The notes below the pieces were generated by a model that ran no database searches, was not told where the DNA came from, and saw only the letters and a program-made list of their open reading frames with translations. DNA of 64,000 nt from Lama glama (taxonomy: Eukaryota), in contig CM052816.1 of the NCBI GenBank assembly GCA_028534125.1, positions 100,628,001 through 100,692,000 of the forward strand. Reading direction: 5' to 3'. The translations under genes were made by a program, and so were the position numbers. Positions 37,236 through 49,600 of the stretch are shown piece after piece; positions within the stretch are counted from its first letter, which is position 1; each line of letters begins with the position of its first letter.

Positions 37236-37711
37236 TGTTGTTCAAGCTGCAGGCCTCAGACTAAAGCAGGAGAGCCCAGGCCTCAGGCTGCTTAAAAGGC
37301 TGAAAGCATTTATCAACCTGACTTTAAACTGTACAAGTTTTTCTCTAGAGCCCTTTTCCATGGAGCCCCTTGTTTCAGCACAAGAATATCGAGAGAGTCC
37401 CAAAGCCAAAGGTGAACTTCATGCCCAGCAGAGGGAAGGGGACCCCTGCGTCTGGAAAAACATGAACAGCTTTGCAGGTTTGTTACCCTGTATGCGATCT
37501 ATGTGGAGACTAGCTCTGTCCCGTGAACTCTTGAATTTTTTCCGTGAAACCCCCTGTCTCTCCTCCCAGCAGGCTCACAGTCTTGGAGGCGTCAGCCCAC
37601 TGTGACCTCCTTTGCCTGCAAAGATATAAAGCAGCCTCTTCTACTTCACCCAGACCCTGTCCTCAAATTTCAATTCGGTAAGTGGGGTATGGAGGCCGTG
37701 TTCTGACAGCA
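37236..37711 (+). mobile_element. ERV1-class solo LTR (~476 bp)
   Basis: Termini tgttg...cagca. The 3' half cacagtcttggaggcgtcagcccactgtgacctcctttgcctgcaaagatataaagcagcctcttctacttcaccc...ttcggt...gaggccg resembles laurasiatherian ERV1 LTR R/U5 with a decayed polyA signal. No clean TSD. Confidence 0.75.
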
Positions 37712-38197
37712 CTCACAAAGTCGGGTTTGTGGACATGGACCCTGCCCCCGAGCCACCCCTCCCCGCCCAGCCTGGTCTCCACGAACGCCGTCAGTGAGAC
37801 TCCATCTCTGCGTCTGCGGCTCGCTGTCGTGGATCTGGGTAACCGGCTTGCAGGCCCGGTTCCCTCCAGCACCCCATGCGGCAGGCATTGCTCCCAGACA
37901 CCTGGGACGGTTCGTCCTGCTCCTAGTGGGCCGTCCTTACAGAGAACAGCGTTCCTCTAAGAAGCAAGCGGTGACTCAAAAATGGAAAACGTTGAATAGG
38001 AGGAGCGTCTTGCCAGGGTATGAAAATGAGGACAGATCTACAGGGATAAGCTGGACCCTCATGCAGCGACTGCCCTCGGCAGAGACTTGGACCCGCCCAC
38101 AGCCCCGCGCCCCCCTTGGTCCTGTGCGTTTTCGCTTGAGAGGGGACAGTCGGCCTGCAGGAAACGGGATGGCTCAGCGCTTGTTTGGTTTCTGGTC

Positions 38198-38716
38198 TTT
38201 TTTTAAAATGTAGCTGATTTACAATGTTGTGTTAGTTTCTGGTGTGCAGCACAGTGATTCAGTTATAAATGTATGTTCGACTTCACGTTTTTTAAATTAT
38301 AGGCTGTTGCAAGACATTGAATATAGTCCCCTGTGCCGTACAGCAGGCCCTTGCTGCTTATCTATTTTGTATTCAGTAGTGTGTGTCTGGTGATCCCACA
38401 CTCCTAACGTACCCCTTTGCCCTTTGCCCTTTCCCCTTCGGCAACCAGAAGTCTGATGGTGAAAGGGGACCCCCCGCACACACTGCTGGTGGGCGCAGTT
38501 TGGTGCAGCCACTATGGAGGACAGCGTGGAGAGTCCTCAAAAAATTAAAAATAGACTCAGCATACGACCCAGCAGTCCCACTCCTGGGCGTGTATCCAGA
38601 GAAAACTCTAATTTGAAAAGACACACGCAGCCCAGCGTTCACAGCAGCGCTGTTTACAACCGCCCAGATGTGGGAGCAGCCTGAGCGTCCTTGGGCAGAT
38701 GACTGGATAAAGAGGT
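38198..38716 (-). mobile_element. 5'-inverted truncated L1 (3' UTR on - at 38198-38453; ORF2 C-terminal segment on + at 38455-38716)
   Basis: polyT + tgtagctgatttacaatgttgtgttagtttctggtgtgcagcacagtgattcagtta is the antisense L1 tail. The ORF at 38383-38616 gives LVQPLWRTAWRVLKKLKIDSAYDPAVPLLGVYP (L1 ORF2) on +. Confidence 0.9.
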
Positions 38717-41364
38717 GCTTTTTGAACAGAGGACGGAGCTGCCACCTCCCCGCCGAGGGCTGGGCTCTGGGCGTCGCCCTGCCCCTGCTGTCCGTCCGTC
38801 TGCAGAGCCCCTGTTGGAGCCCGCGGTAGGGACGGGGGTGAACGCTGAACCCCGTGCTGACGGGCTGGAGGCTGTTAAGCCTGTGACCGGTGGGCAGGAG
38901 GGCGGGGGGCCCGACCCCGGACCTCACGTCTGCAGTGCTGACTCAAGCCCCTTGGGCTCAGAGCGCTCCTTGCACGCGCCCAGCTCGGCTGCGGTGAACC
39001 CGGGCCCTCCCAGCCCAGATCTGCTGGCTGTTTCCCCTGTTACGGGCAGGGGCCCGTAAACAGACGGTGCCGACTGGATGCACAGGCTGTGGCAGCGTCC
39101 CCCGCAGACCCAGCTGGTGCCCACGTCCTCCGGCTTCTCCCGTGGGCTGGCGCATAGGCGGCCGGGCGCCCAGAGCGCTCACGCTGCGCATGGCTGGACA
39201 GAGCACAGGCAGGGCCAGGGTCTGCTTCCTCCACTTTAATTTGCTGCCGAGATTTTAAAAAAACAAATCCATCTTCAACTTAAAAAGATCAAAACAAGGT
39301 TTTTGTCACCAATGACGCATACTCCGGCGGCCGAGGAGGACTGAAGGCTGCCTTTGGGCGCTGTCGGGGGCCCTGCCCTGTGAGTCCTCGCCCTCCCCGC
39401 CCCGCGGTGTCCCGTGCAGGTGCCGCGCCCTCCTCGGGCGCTGTTCGCGCGCTGGGCGACGCTGGTGGCGGGAAACGTTCCCGGGGTCTGGTCACCGCAG
39501 TGACCGTCGGGGGGAACCCCTCCCAACATGGCGCTGGGACACTCGTTCTCGCCGAGCCCTCGTCCTGAGCCGGCTTCCGTCCGCGGGTTCCCTGCAGAGT
39601 TACTAGAAAACAGAGATGATGCCTGTTTGTCACCGTTGGGGTGAAGGTGAGATTGATTTGACAACTTTGAGAAAATCAGATTTGGAGAGCTCGCTGTGAC
39701 CTCTAAGACACCAACACGTGTCCACGGTCTTTATTTTCTTAGGGGCGTGAATCACACGAAAGAATTCACTTTGTGCTAATGTGAGCAGAAACCCACGGGT
39801 TAAAAGTGGAAAATCTACGGCCTTCATTCCTTCCTGCCAGAGAAGCCGGAGGAATGCGTGCTAACCTCCTGAGAGCCCGAGGGCTCTCCGGACGGGGAGA
39901 CGCGGGCGGTGGCGGAGCAGGGCGCGCTTCATCTTTGGCCGGTGAAAGGCGTTTTGTGTGCTGTTCAAGGGGTGTTCAGGGCTTCCCCTGACATTTTATA
40001 GACAGTGACTTTTCCTGCAGAAGACACCAGAGTTTACGGGGTTCTGTTCAGCTACCAAGCAGAAGCCACTGGTCTCTGGCTCTGTCCAGACACGGGGGGT
40101 CACGGTCTGCAAGGCGTGAGTCTGGGCTGCAGGGACCGGGTGGAGCCGTCTGAGGTCAGACCCAGGCCCGTGAGGGTTTTCTCTCCACCGTCGTGGGCTC
40201 ACTGCCCCAGGCGCCTCCTAGAACCCCAGCAGCACCCAGGGCTCCGCAGCAGGTCAAGGACAGAGGCAGACCCGGCGTGTGTGCTCCGTAAAGCCAATCG
40301 TGCCTGGCGCTAGAGAGTTAAAAACCACAGGAGGTTTTAATTAGATTTCCAGCCCCAGCCTGCAATATTAGCTTTATGAACAGAGAGATGAGTAATCATT
40401 TCGACATTAAGTCTGGGGTGGAAAGAATGGATTCAATCACTTCCTTCATCAGACAACTTCAGGGTTCAAACCGCACTTAGGACGGCCAGGAGATTCTGTC
40501 GCCGGTTCCCTCCGAGGAGCCTGAAATGCGGGGCAGGAAATTGGACTGTTCCTACACAGGAAATGACAGCGCTCTGTCAAAATCTACGGGAGAAATACGT
40601 GTTCAAATTTGCTGTCAATGCCCCATATCTGATCAGAGGCCGAGAGGCGACAAAATTACTGCGGCCGTGGAATTTCAGCCCGGGCGGTGCCCGCAGCCCG
40701 GGATCAGCAGGAGGCGAGCACGGACCCAGAGAAATGGGCCGAGCACAGAGTTTTCGCCGAAACACAAACATACGTCCCACAGGAAGTGTACGTATGTTAT
40801 ACGTATGTTGAGATTCTGTGGTGATTTTATGTAGCCTGATGTTGGAAAAATGGCTATAACCAGTAGTACCCACGCGTCACAACCTAAATAAAGGGGGGGG
40901 GTCTCCTGACTAAACTACGGCCACAAGGATGGGGTGAAAAATCGCTGAAGTCGCGCACACATCCGTGGCATCACATTCGACGTGCTCCGTTGCGCACGTC
41001 ACAGCTTACACATCACACAAGGCCCAGCGTGTCTTTATTTTACGGTGTGTGTTCTTTCTCACGTGTTCTGTACGACAGTGTGGTCACCGACCAGGTGAGG
41101 TTCCAGGTTTTTAAAAGCCGCAGTAAACTTCTGGCTGCGCACGTGGAGTGGAGCTCAGTGCACCACCTGCTCCCCCCCACCCCGCCCCGCCCCCTCAGCC
41201 TCGTCCCCTCACCTGGGAGGGAGGCGGCTTTGGAACCAGCTCTTTCCACCGCCCACAGCCGCGCTCTTGGGAGACCAGCACACCCCTCAGCGCCTGGTTT
41301 TACGGGTGCCTCTTGGCTGCAGGCAGCGAAGGGTCCTGGGTTAGACCCAGAGCAGGCCTGTGTC

Positions 41365-41864
41365 NNNNNNNNNNNNNNNNNNNNNNNNNNNNNNNNNNNN
41401 NNNNNNNNNNNNNNNNNNNNNNNNNNNNNNNNNNNNNNNNNNNNNNNNNNNNNNNNNNNNNNNNNNNNNNNNNNNNNNNNNNNNNNNNNNNNNNNNNNNN
41501 NNNNNNNNNNNNNNNNNNNNNNNNNNNNNNNNNNNNNNNNNNNNNNNNNNNNNNNNNNNNNNNNNNNNNNNNNNNNNNNNNNNNNNNNNNNNNNNNNNNN
41601 NNNNNNNNNNNNNNNNNNNNNNNNNNNNNNNNNNNNNNNNNNNNNNNNNNNNNNNNNNNNNNNNNNNNNNNNNNNNNNNNNNNNNNNNNNNNNNNNNNNN
41701 NNNNNNNNNNNNNNNNNNNNNNNNNNNNNNNNNNNNNNNNNNNNNNNNNNNNNNNNNNNNNNNNNNNNNNNNNNNNNNNNNNNNNNNNNNNNNNNNNNNN
41801 NNNNNNNNNNNNNNNNNNNNNNNNNNNNNNNNNNNNNNNNNNNNNNNNNNNNNNNNNNNNNNNN
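41365..41864. other. Assembly gap (exactly 500 N)
   Basis: Counted directly. Confidence 1.
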
Positions 41865-42624
41865 GTGTTTACTCTCTGCCTGTTTCTTCTTCTCCTTTAA
41901 TATTTTGCCTCTGGAAGACGGTTACCCCTGAGGATGCTCTATTTAGAGAAGCAGTTGGAGGGAGAAGGGTTGCCTTTCAGATCCTTCAGCAAGCTGATCG
42001 CGCCGCGCCTTCCCGCGAGTAGCTCTGAGGCACAATTACGTGTAAGCAGGACCCCCTCCGAGAACTGGAGATGGAGCTGGGGCCCGTTTGTGTCTTACTT
42101 AACATAATTATTCGAACAGCTAATCCTCTGCTCCCACATCTGTCCTTTTCTCTCCGTACACGGAGCAGGGCCGCGTTCGCGTCCACGTGGTCCGGCTCTT
42201 CCGCGGTGCGTGGCTTCCTGCCTTGTCATCCGCACGGTTCCTCCAGACCGCAGACAACTCTGTGAGCCACGAATGTGCCACCCGGAGGCCCCACCGACCC
42301 TCTTTGCATAATGCTTCGTTTTTAAAGTGCCTGTAGGCTCAGTCCCCATCCTGACCCTGTGTGCTAAGCCTGGCCAGTAGAAACGACTCCATTTTGCAGA
42401 CCAAAAACTTCATGCAATTTCGAAATTCCCGATCGTGGTTCCCCAGCATCCTGTTTGTTGATCTGTGGTGCCCTGGAGTTCACGACACCGTGGCTTGGAA
42501 AAGGGAGATGAATAATGAACTTGTGAATTATGTTTATTTGAGACATTTTGAGGTAATAATAGCGACAGTTTACACATGTGCGTTCAACTCGAACCTGTGC
42601 ACAGAGTGAAAGCACTGCGTCCTC

Positions 42625-42752
42625 TGACATTAGCACATTTAAGTCTCATACAAATCCTGTGAAGTGGATGCAAGTGTCCTTCTTTATTTTGCAGGTGAAG
42701 AAGCTCAGGCGCCGAGGGACGGGGTAACTTCCTCACGGTCAGAGAGTTACTT
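42625..42752 (-). mobile_element. MIR SINE fragment
   Basis: tctcatacaaatcctgtgaagtgg...tattttgcaggtgaagaagctcaggcgccgagggacggggtaacttcctcacggtcaga is antisense MIR. Confidence 0.75.
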
Positions 42753-44339
42753 GATTAAGTAAGACGGCCGTGTGCATGCGCTGAAATGCAGGCTTATCAC
42801 GTGTGGGGTGTTAACAGTCTGAAGGAGGTAATTTGATGGACGAATGCAGGGATATGTTGGTGGGGGCGGGGGCTGTACTCTGAACAGAAGTGGCTTTGCC
42901 TCCAGTCCAGTGTTTTATGAGCTGGTGACGTCACACACTCTCCCGGGAAGAGGTTTCCAGCTCCTCGATGCTCACCGTGGGTGCCTGGCTTCTAGAACTC
43001 TTCTCCCAGGATAATTTCTAAAACAGATCATTAGCTGCAGCTTCCCTCAAACCACAGGCACCAGAGGACCAAGACCTTGGTAGAACCGCCCTTGGGAGCC
43101 CTGTGTCAATGGCTCAGGTGTGTCCGTGTTCAATCAGAATGTCCCTGCTGCCTGAGCTCCGAGCGGGCCATCCAGGCTCAGACACTTGTCTGGAGCTCGT
43201 AAATGAGACACGTCCCAAGAGCAAGCAGGGGCTTCGCATGGTGTGGACCTGTCCGTCCCGCTGCCTCAGCAGCCTTGGGAACAGACAGACCCACCCAGGG
43301 GACGGGGTCTCCTCCAGGCACATTCCTTCTTGCCATCCTCACCGTGGACTTGTCTGTTTCAAAGGGCAGGCTCGATACGGGGCACGTGGAGTCTCGGGGC
43401 ATTCCCTACGTCTAACAAGAAGTCACCGTGCAGTGGCAGCTGACCACACGGTGGACGGACGGCACCGACCCACCTGGGCGGTGAAGGATGGTCTCCGATC
43501 AGTCCTGTCTGGGCAGAGCTGCCCCGAGGACCCTGCAGAGGATGGGTGCGGACGGCCAGCCCGACGGTTGTGCTGTTACTGAGCTTCATAGCCGAGCTGA
43601 GAGCTTGGTGCTAGAAAAGACAAAACAGGCGCGAAACTCCCACAAGGGAAAGACGCCACAGCACGTCGCCTTTGGGTCTCGTGGGACGGATCAGGGCCCC
43701 CTGGGACCCTGGCCTCTTACGTGGGCATCACCACTCACAGGCCCCGGAAAACCCTCCATCTCGTTCTCCGATGTGGAGCCACCAAGGGCACGGGGCTGTG
43801 GGACAGACCATTGTATCCACTTACTCCCCCAGGATGACCCGTCCAGCGCAGAGCAGGGCAGTGCCCAGCTCCTCACGGAAGGTCGCAGGGGTCGTGAGGC
43901 TGCAGGCCAGGGGGCTTCTGCTGTGCTCTGCAGACCCTCTTAGCGGGGGGTCAGTTACACTCACAGGGACAGTCGCCCCGTGCTCTGTGTCAGACCCGTC
44001 ACACCTCTGCCGTGGCGTCCACCTGCCACCGGCACCACCCTTGACCGACGTGCGGTGTCAGCGGGATACGCGTGGTTTCACCAAGAGCCCGACACGCTCC
44101 CCCCCGGGCCTCCTCCACCGCCTCACTGTTCTCATCTGCCCTGCATCCTGGCCCTTAGATTTATTTTCAAAACTCATGAGAAATTCATCTTCCTTCGCTG
44201 AGACCATGTAGCACTCCTAATTTATAAACTGAAAGCTGCTTTCTTTATTTGACGCAAAGTTATGGATAACTCCCCACGCCGATACAGATGGAAATCCCTT
44301 TTCTTTCTTTCTTTTCAATCTTTTTTTAACTGAAAAATT

Positions 44340-45000
44340 ACTTGGAGATTCTGGACAACCAGAGTACAGTGAACACATACTTTATCTCAGTTACATCCTG
44401 GAACTCCGAGAGGTCAGCAAAAGATGGTGATGGCCTAAAATGAGGAGGAAAGTGCGTGTAAGAGCAGGTCCCAGCGGGTGAGGATGCCACCCACGCCACA
44501 GCGGGTGGAAGGCCGTGGCGGGGTGACCGAGGCAGTGTGGCAGAGGACTGCTCTCGTAAGAACATTTAGAGACGAGAAAAGAGTTCCTAGACATCGAGAG
44601 TGCAGCCCTTGGGTGGAACTGAAGGAGGTTTGCAGGACGGAGTTGGGACAGTTTCTCAGAACGTTGTGCAAAAAGACAGCAAGCAGATAAAAACAAACAG
44701 GAAAATGGGCAAGTCACGCAGTGGTCCATCTTCTCACCAAAACCGTCCGCAAAGTCTGGAGAGAGCAAGAGAGAAGAAAGAGGAGGAGGCGCGGGAGGCC
44801 AGTGCGCAGGCAGACGCGGCCGCACGCTGCGGGGCCTCCCGGTCCCACCCAGACGTGACTCCGGGCACTGACGGGGGTGCTGACGCGGCCGCTGTCTGCC
44901 GCATCATCCGGGAACTTGGGACGACCTGAGCTGGAAAGGTCTGCACATGTCCAGAGGGAAACAGGAGGTTTTGTACCAAAGATCAGGCCTCTCTGGGAGG
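44340..45000 (+). mobile_element. HAL1 (half-L1)-like ORF1 remnant, GC-shifted
   Basis: gagaaaagagttcctagacatc...gagttgggacagtttctcagaacgttgtgcaaaaagaca and gcatcatccgggaactt...ccagagggaaacagg...taccaaagatcagg are collinear with HAL1 (aaagagctcttggaaatt...gaaatctcccagaaagtagagcaaaaagaca...cacatcattgtgaaattt...ccagagagaaaaaacagg...tacaaaggatcagg). Confidence 0.65.
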
Positions 45001-45839
45001 TGCGGGGAGGACGGCACCGCGTTCTCAGGGCAGAGCTCTCCTCCCGGACCGTCAGCCGGGGGCGGGGGGCCCCCAGACACGTAGCTCTGAAACACTCACC
45101 CCCACGCGTCCTCTTCCACGGAGGGGGTCTGGCCCAGCCGGGGGGGCGGAGACCCGTCGCAGCGACCCCTGCTCCGAGGCAGTCAGCGAGGAGGACGCCC
45201 CGGGGGCAGCCGCATGGCCAGAGCTGACCACTACCCAGGGTGGACGCCTGCGTCCTCGCTAAGCATTTCAATATTCAGTCTGCTCTAAAACTCAACAAGG
45301 TGCGTGGGAAGATTAAAGCCAACAGCATTTGTAAAATTAAAAAAGTAAATAAATGCATACAATGCACGATGCAAATGCTGGAATAATTATAAATAATTAA
45401 TAGGTAGAGAAAATCCACAAGTGGAGAGCCACGTGGATGTCCCAGCAGCGACTGTTCAGAACGACCCAGCGCAATTAACTTACACAAACTCTAATTAAAC
45501 CCCCGCCCACTGGAGCCTTATTGAATAAAGCACCATCACAGGAAAGCTTCCAGGACGCACGGACTCGAGGAGGCACACGCGGCTCCCTGTCGGCGCCTTC
45601 GCCGGTGTGCAGCTGAGCCTTCCAGAGAGGTCAGGGGATCAGCTCGACCTCTGAGGACTTGAGAGGGAAGTGCAGGGTCCTGAACCCTCTCCTCACAAGG
45701 AAACAGCCCTTGTGAGGTACAGTCCCCACAGCCTCACACTGGCTCTGAGTCACTGGGGGGGGGGGCGGGGGCTCAGCTTTCAGCCAGGGGCCAGCTCTAG
45801 AATTTGAGTGGGGGTCTCACTTATTCAACCCTCCTTGCA

Positions 45840-46650
45840 CAGCTCACCTCCAGTGGGAGAGACAGACAAAAGGAGCAGCTGCATCTCGGAGACGGAGCAG
45901 AGCAGGAGAGTAAGACGGATGGAGGAGAGACGCTGAGGGACGTTCTATGACATCAGGTGACTTCTGAGGATGGCTCTGCAGGCGGTAAAGAAACAGCCAT
46001 GGAGACCACCTCGGACAGACCTCTCCTAGGGAGGGAATGGCATGTGCAAAGGCCCTGTGGCAGGAGGGCCCCTGCCACATCCCAGGAGCAGGGACAGGCT
46101 GCTGTGGGTCTAAGAATGGACCAGCCGTGGAGGAAGGGCACGGGGAGGTGACAGGGCAGCTCTGGCAGGATTGGCAGTGACTGCAAAGATTCAGGCTGCC
46201 ACTCCTGGTGGGCTGTGGCCACAGGGATGTTCCACACAGATGGACAGTACGGTCAACAGAGGTCAAGCAAGTATTACTTGTTCACCTTATGCTTTAAGAG
46301 CATGAGTGTTCCTGCCGGGTTGACAATGTCTACAGAGTGGGGCAGGGGGCAGTCAGGAGGCTGCAGCAGAGAGAAGATGGCCCAGGATGGGCCAGGTGGG
46401 GCCAGGGGGAGAAGGTTCTGGCCCCACTGTGTTTTCCAGGCAAGGTGACAGGATTCAGGAGGGCAAGATGGAACAGACGAAGGACCCCCTGTCTGGTCTG
46501 AGCCCCAGAATGATGGCAAGGACCACGTTCCGGCTGGGGTGGCCCACGGTCCCCTGGGAGCTGGATTGTGGGGGGAGGTCTGGACCCTGGACCAGGAAAG
46601 AATGTTCAGACGCTGGGACTTCATCCTTAAACTCACCGCCAAGCTCAGGG
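45840..46650 (-). mobile_element. L2 LINE fragments
   Basis: agctcacctccagtgggagagacagacaa and ctagggagggaatggcatgtgcaaaggccctgtggcagga are classic antisense L2 (ccaggcagagggaacagcatgtgcaaaggccctgaggcagga). Confidence 0.8.
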
Positions 46651-49600
46651 TTTAACACGAGAGATCTGATGGCCTCACATCATTTCTGAATATGAATCCC
46701 CGAACTCCTGTAACTCACCAGGGCGTCGCACTCCAGCATCAGAACAGCGTATTGAAACTGCCAGGAGCTGGATCCCGAGTCACCGCACGCAGAGGCCGGC
46801 TCTCCGCAGATCCACGGCCCAGCTTCTCAATTTACTGACGCAGTCACATTAACTAGTCACTCAGATGGATTTGACTCTTTGGGGATTTTCTTATGACTCC
46901 GTTGGTGACTTCACGTGGTTGGGACTCGGGCCTCCTGGTCTGGATTCTGGGGGTAATTCTACACAACGTGCGAATAGAAAGTAGGGCGCTCAGAGCGTGC
47001 TTCTGGGCCAGAGATGCTGAGAGGCAGCCTGCCTCCAGCTGCAGCGCGGACAGTGGGGTCAGGACGCCTGCGCCTCCGTGCGCAGCCTGGGAGAGGCCGC
47101 CAGGCCAAGCGCGGGCTTTGTGTGGGGCGCAGCGGGCGAGGGGCACGGGTGCACACACGCACAGACACGTGCACCTGCATGCCTAGTGCCACTGCCCTTG
47201 AGGCCACATGGCCTGCATCTCAGGCCTGCAGCGGAGGCGGGAGCTAGATGGAGCAGAGGGGGGCGGGTCCCGGAGCGGGTCCCAGGCCGCGCCCGCTGCA
47301 CCGGAGCCCTGGGCCCCCTTGGCAGGCGGGGCAGGCGGGGCAGGCTGTCTGCATCCCTGATGCGCTGCCCGGGGACAGTCGGCTGACGCGTGGGTCTGCT
47401 TCTCATCTGCCAGGTGCAGAGTCAGCGCCCACCGTGGGAACAGAGGCGACTCCCGGAGCAGATGGCTGGACGCCTGCTCCACTCTGTCGCCAGGCTGTTT
47501 ACATTCTTAAGTGACTAACTATGACATGTTGCACTAGTCATGGAGTTTTGCGGTGGGACCCAGTAAGCTGAGCACCAGGCAGCTGGGGCCGTGTGGTTCA
47601 GCCTGGAGCCCCGAGTGGCTTCCAGGCCACCAGCTGCCAGCAAAGCTGCCCGGGATCGAATCACAAGGACCCACGTGTCACCAGGACTGCCGGTGCGAGA
47701 AGATGGCCCTGCGTGCCGCTGGCCGCAGCTGACACCCACACGAGCCCAGGTCCTCAGGTTTACTTCCTGCGCCAGCGCCCCACCACCCATCTGCAGTGAC
47801 AGGAGTAGCATCGAGAGCAGAACGTCCAAGGTGAGCTACATCTTCCTGTCCCTGAGGCTCCACGAGGGGCAGAGCCGCGTCTCCCATGACTTCCCCGAGG
47901 TTGACCGTCATGTTGTATCTGAAACTGAGTCCCCGGCGGTGGGAGCCAGTGTGCCTGGCGTGGCTTCCAACCCTCCGCATCCTCTGTGCACAGAAACCCC
48001 GCCCCCACTCTGACACGCCGTTGGGTCCACATCAGCTCAGGACGCAGCCAACACACACAAGTGCACCCGAGAGCACCAGGCTGCGACAAAGGACGCCGGT
48101 GGGCTGATCTGAACCCTAAGGGGACCACTCATCTCGGGGTGCGGCTCTGGGCAAAACCTCAAGCCGTTTCTGAAGTTTCCCAGAGCAGTTTGCAGGCTCT
48201 GATGCAGGAGCCAGAAAAACAGGTTGCGTGGCTCCCCTGCCTCACGTCAGACCTTGTCTAAGAAACACTACGCAACGGATGCCCTGTGCACGGGCGTGTC
48301 GTGGGGGCTCCAGACGCCAAAGCCCGTCGTCATCCCATCAAATCGGCCTCCATCCTCTGGCTGCTTTCACAAACAAGATGCAGAAAGTACAGAAACAGCC
48401 TAAAAGTCAGCCTCCGGCAAGTTGAACTTGAACCAACACTCGGGGTTAGCGCCCACTTAACACAAGCACGTACATTCACGGACACCTATGTGTGTGTTGC
48501 TCTTTTTAGATAGTTGATGTTCAAAATGTTTTCCTACCGTGCTTAATAATCTAATTCCTTATTAACGCCAACAGTCAAATAGAGTGTCCATCACTGCTCT
48601 GTTTTGCATTCATTTAGAACACATGCTTGCGTTGTGTATTCACGAAGTACGCCTTTTTAAAGTCAATAATTTAGTGACTCTCATCGAGTCTTGAAGCGTG
48701 TCTAATTTTGCCCACCATTCTATACACCTTTCTCTCCCCTGCGTGCCAGAAGCTGCGCTCGGTGTTCTGGGGACGCACAGGAAAGGACGATGCAACCCCT
48801 GGTCTGAAGGAACTTGGTGAAACAGAAAGGCAGGCCCATTAGCCGCCTCTGTCAGGGGCGGGGACTCTGTAAACGCTGAGCTACCACCTCGCGCCACCAG
48901 TCACTACAGCGTCGCTGTGCGACCACGGGCCCGCTGCTGCGGACAGCACAGTCACCCAGGTTCAGCACGACCCAGCTGAAGTCCTAAGACTGTTCAAGAC
49001 AAGAACCCAACCGTTGCTTAAACAAACAAATCCGGCAGATTTTATAATTAGCCGTCTCTCCGACGGACGACTTCGCAGTTAGGGCGCAGCGACTGGAGGC
49101 GTCTCCCCGGCCCTCCGAGGTGTGGTCTCCACGCCTGTTGGTGCAGACGCTCGTCCCAGTGAAAGGGGTTCGATCTGAACAACAGATCCGTACCTCAGCC
49201 AGCCTGTGAGCACGTGTCTCTGATTACCCGCACGCCCCTGACGCCGCGTCAGGCCTAGGAGAGTGGACTCCTTATCGGTAGACCTGAGCTCACAGTGCGT
49301 GCTCCCGTGAAGAGCTGACCACAAACGTTGGGGGACCAAGCCTTGCACAGGCTCTGACAGTTTTAGTCCAAACCCAGCTGTGTCTCGAGGGGAAGCCCCG
49401 TGGGCGTGGACTGGAGCTACCGGCGAGGTCATGTGTGTCTCTCTGACCAGATGAGTTTGCCAACTCGCGTGGCCACCACTGTCAGGGCACGTCCCTCAGA
49501 GCCGAACGCGGATCTGGTGCACGGGAGCCTGGCCGCAGTAACTGGGCGAATGTTTGGGGCAATCTTAAAACCACGGTGGTGTCAGATCACAGCCTGACAG

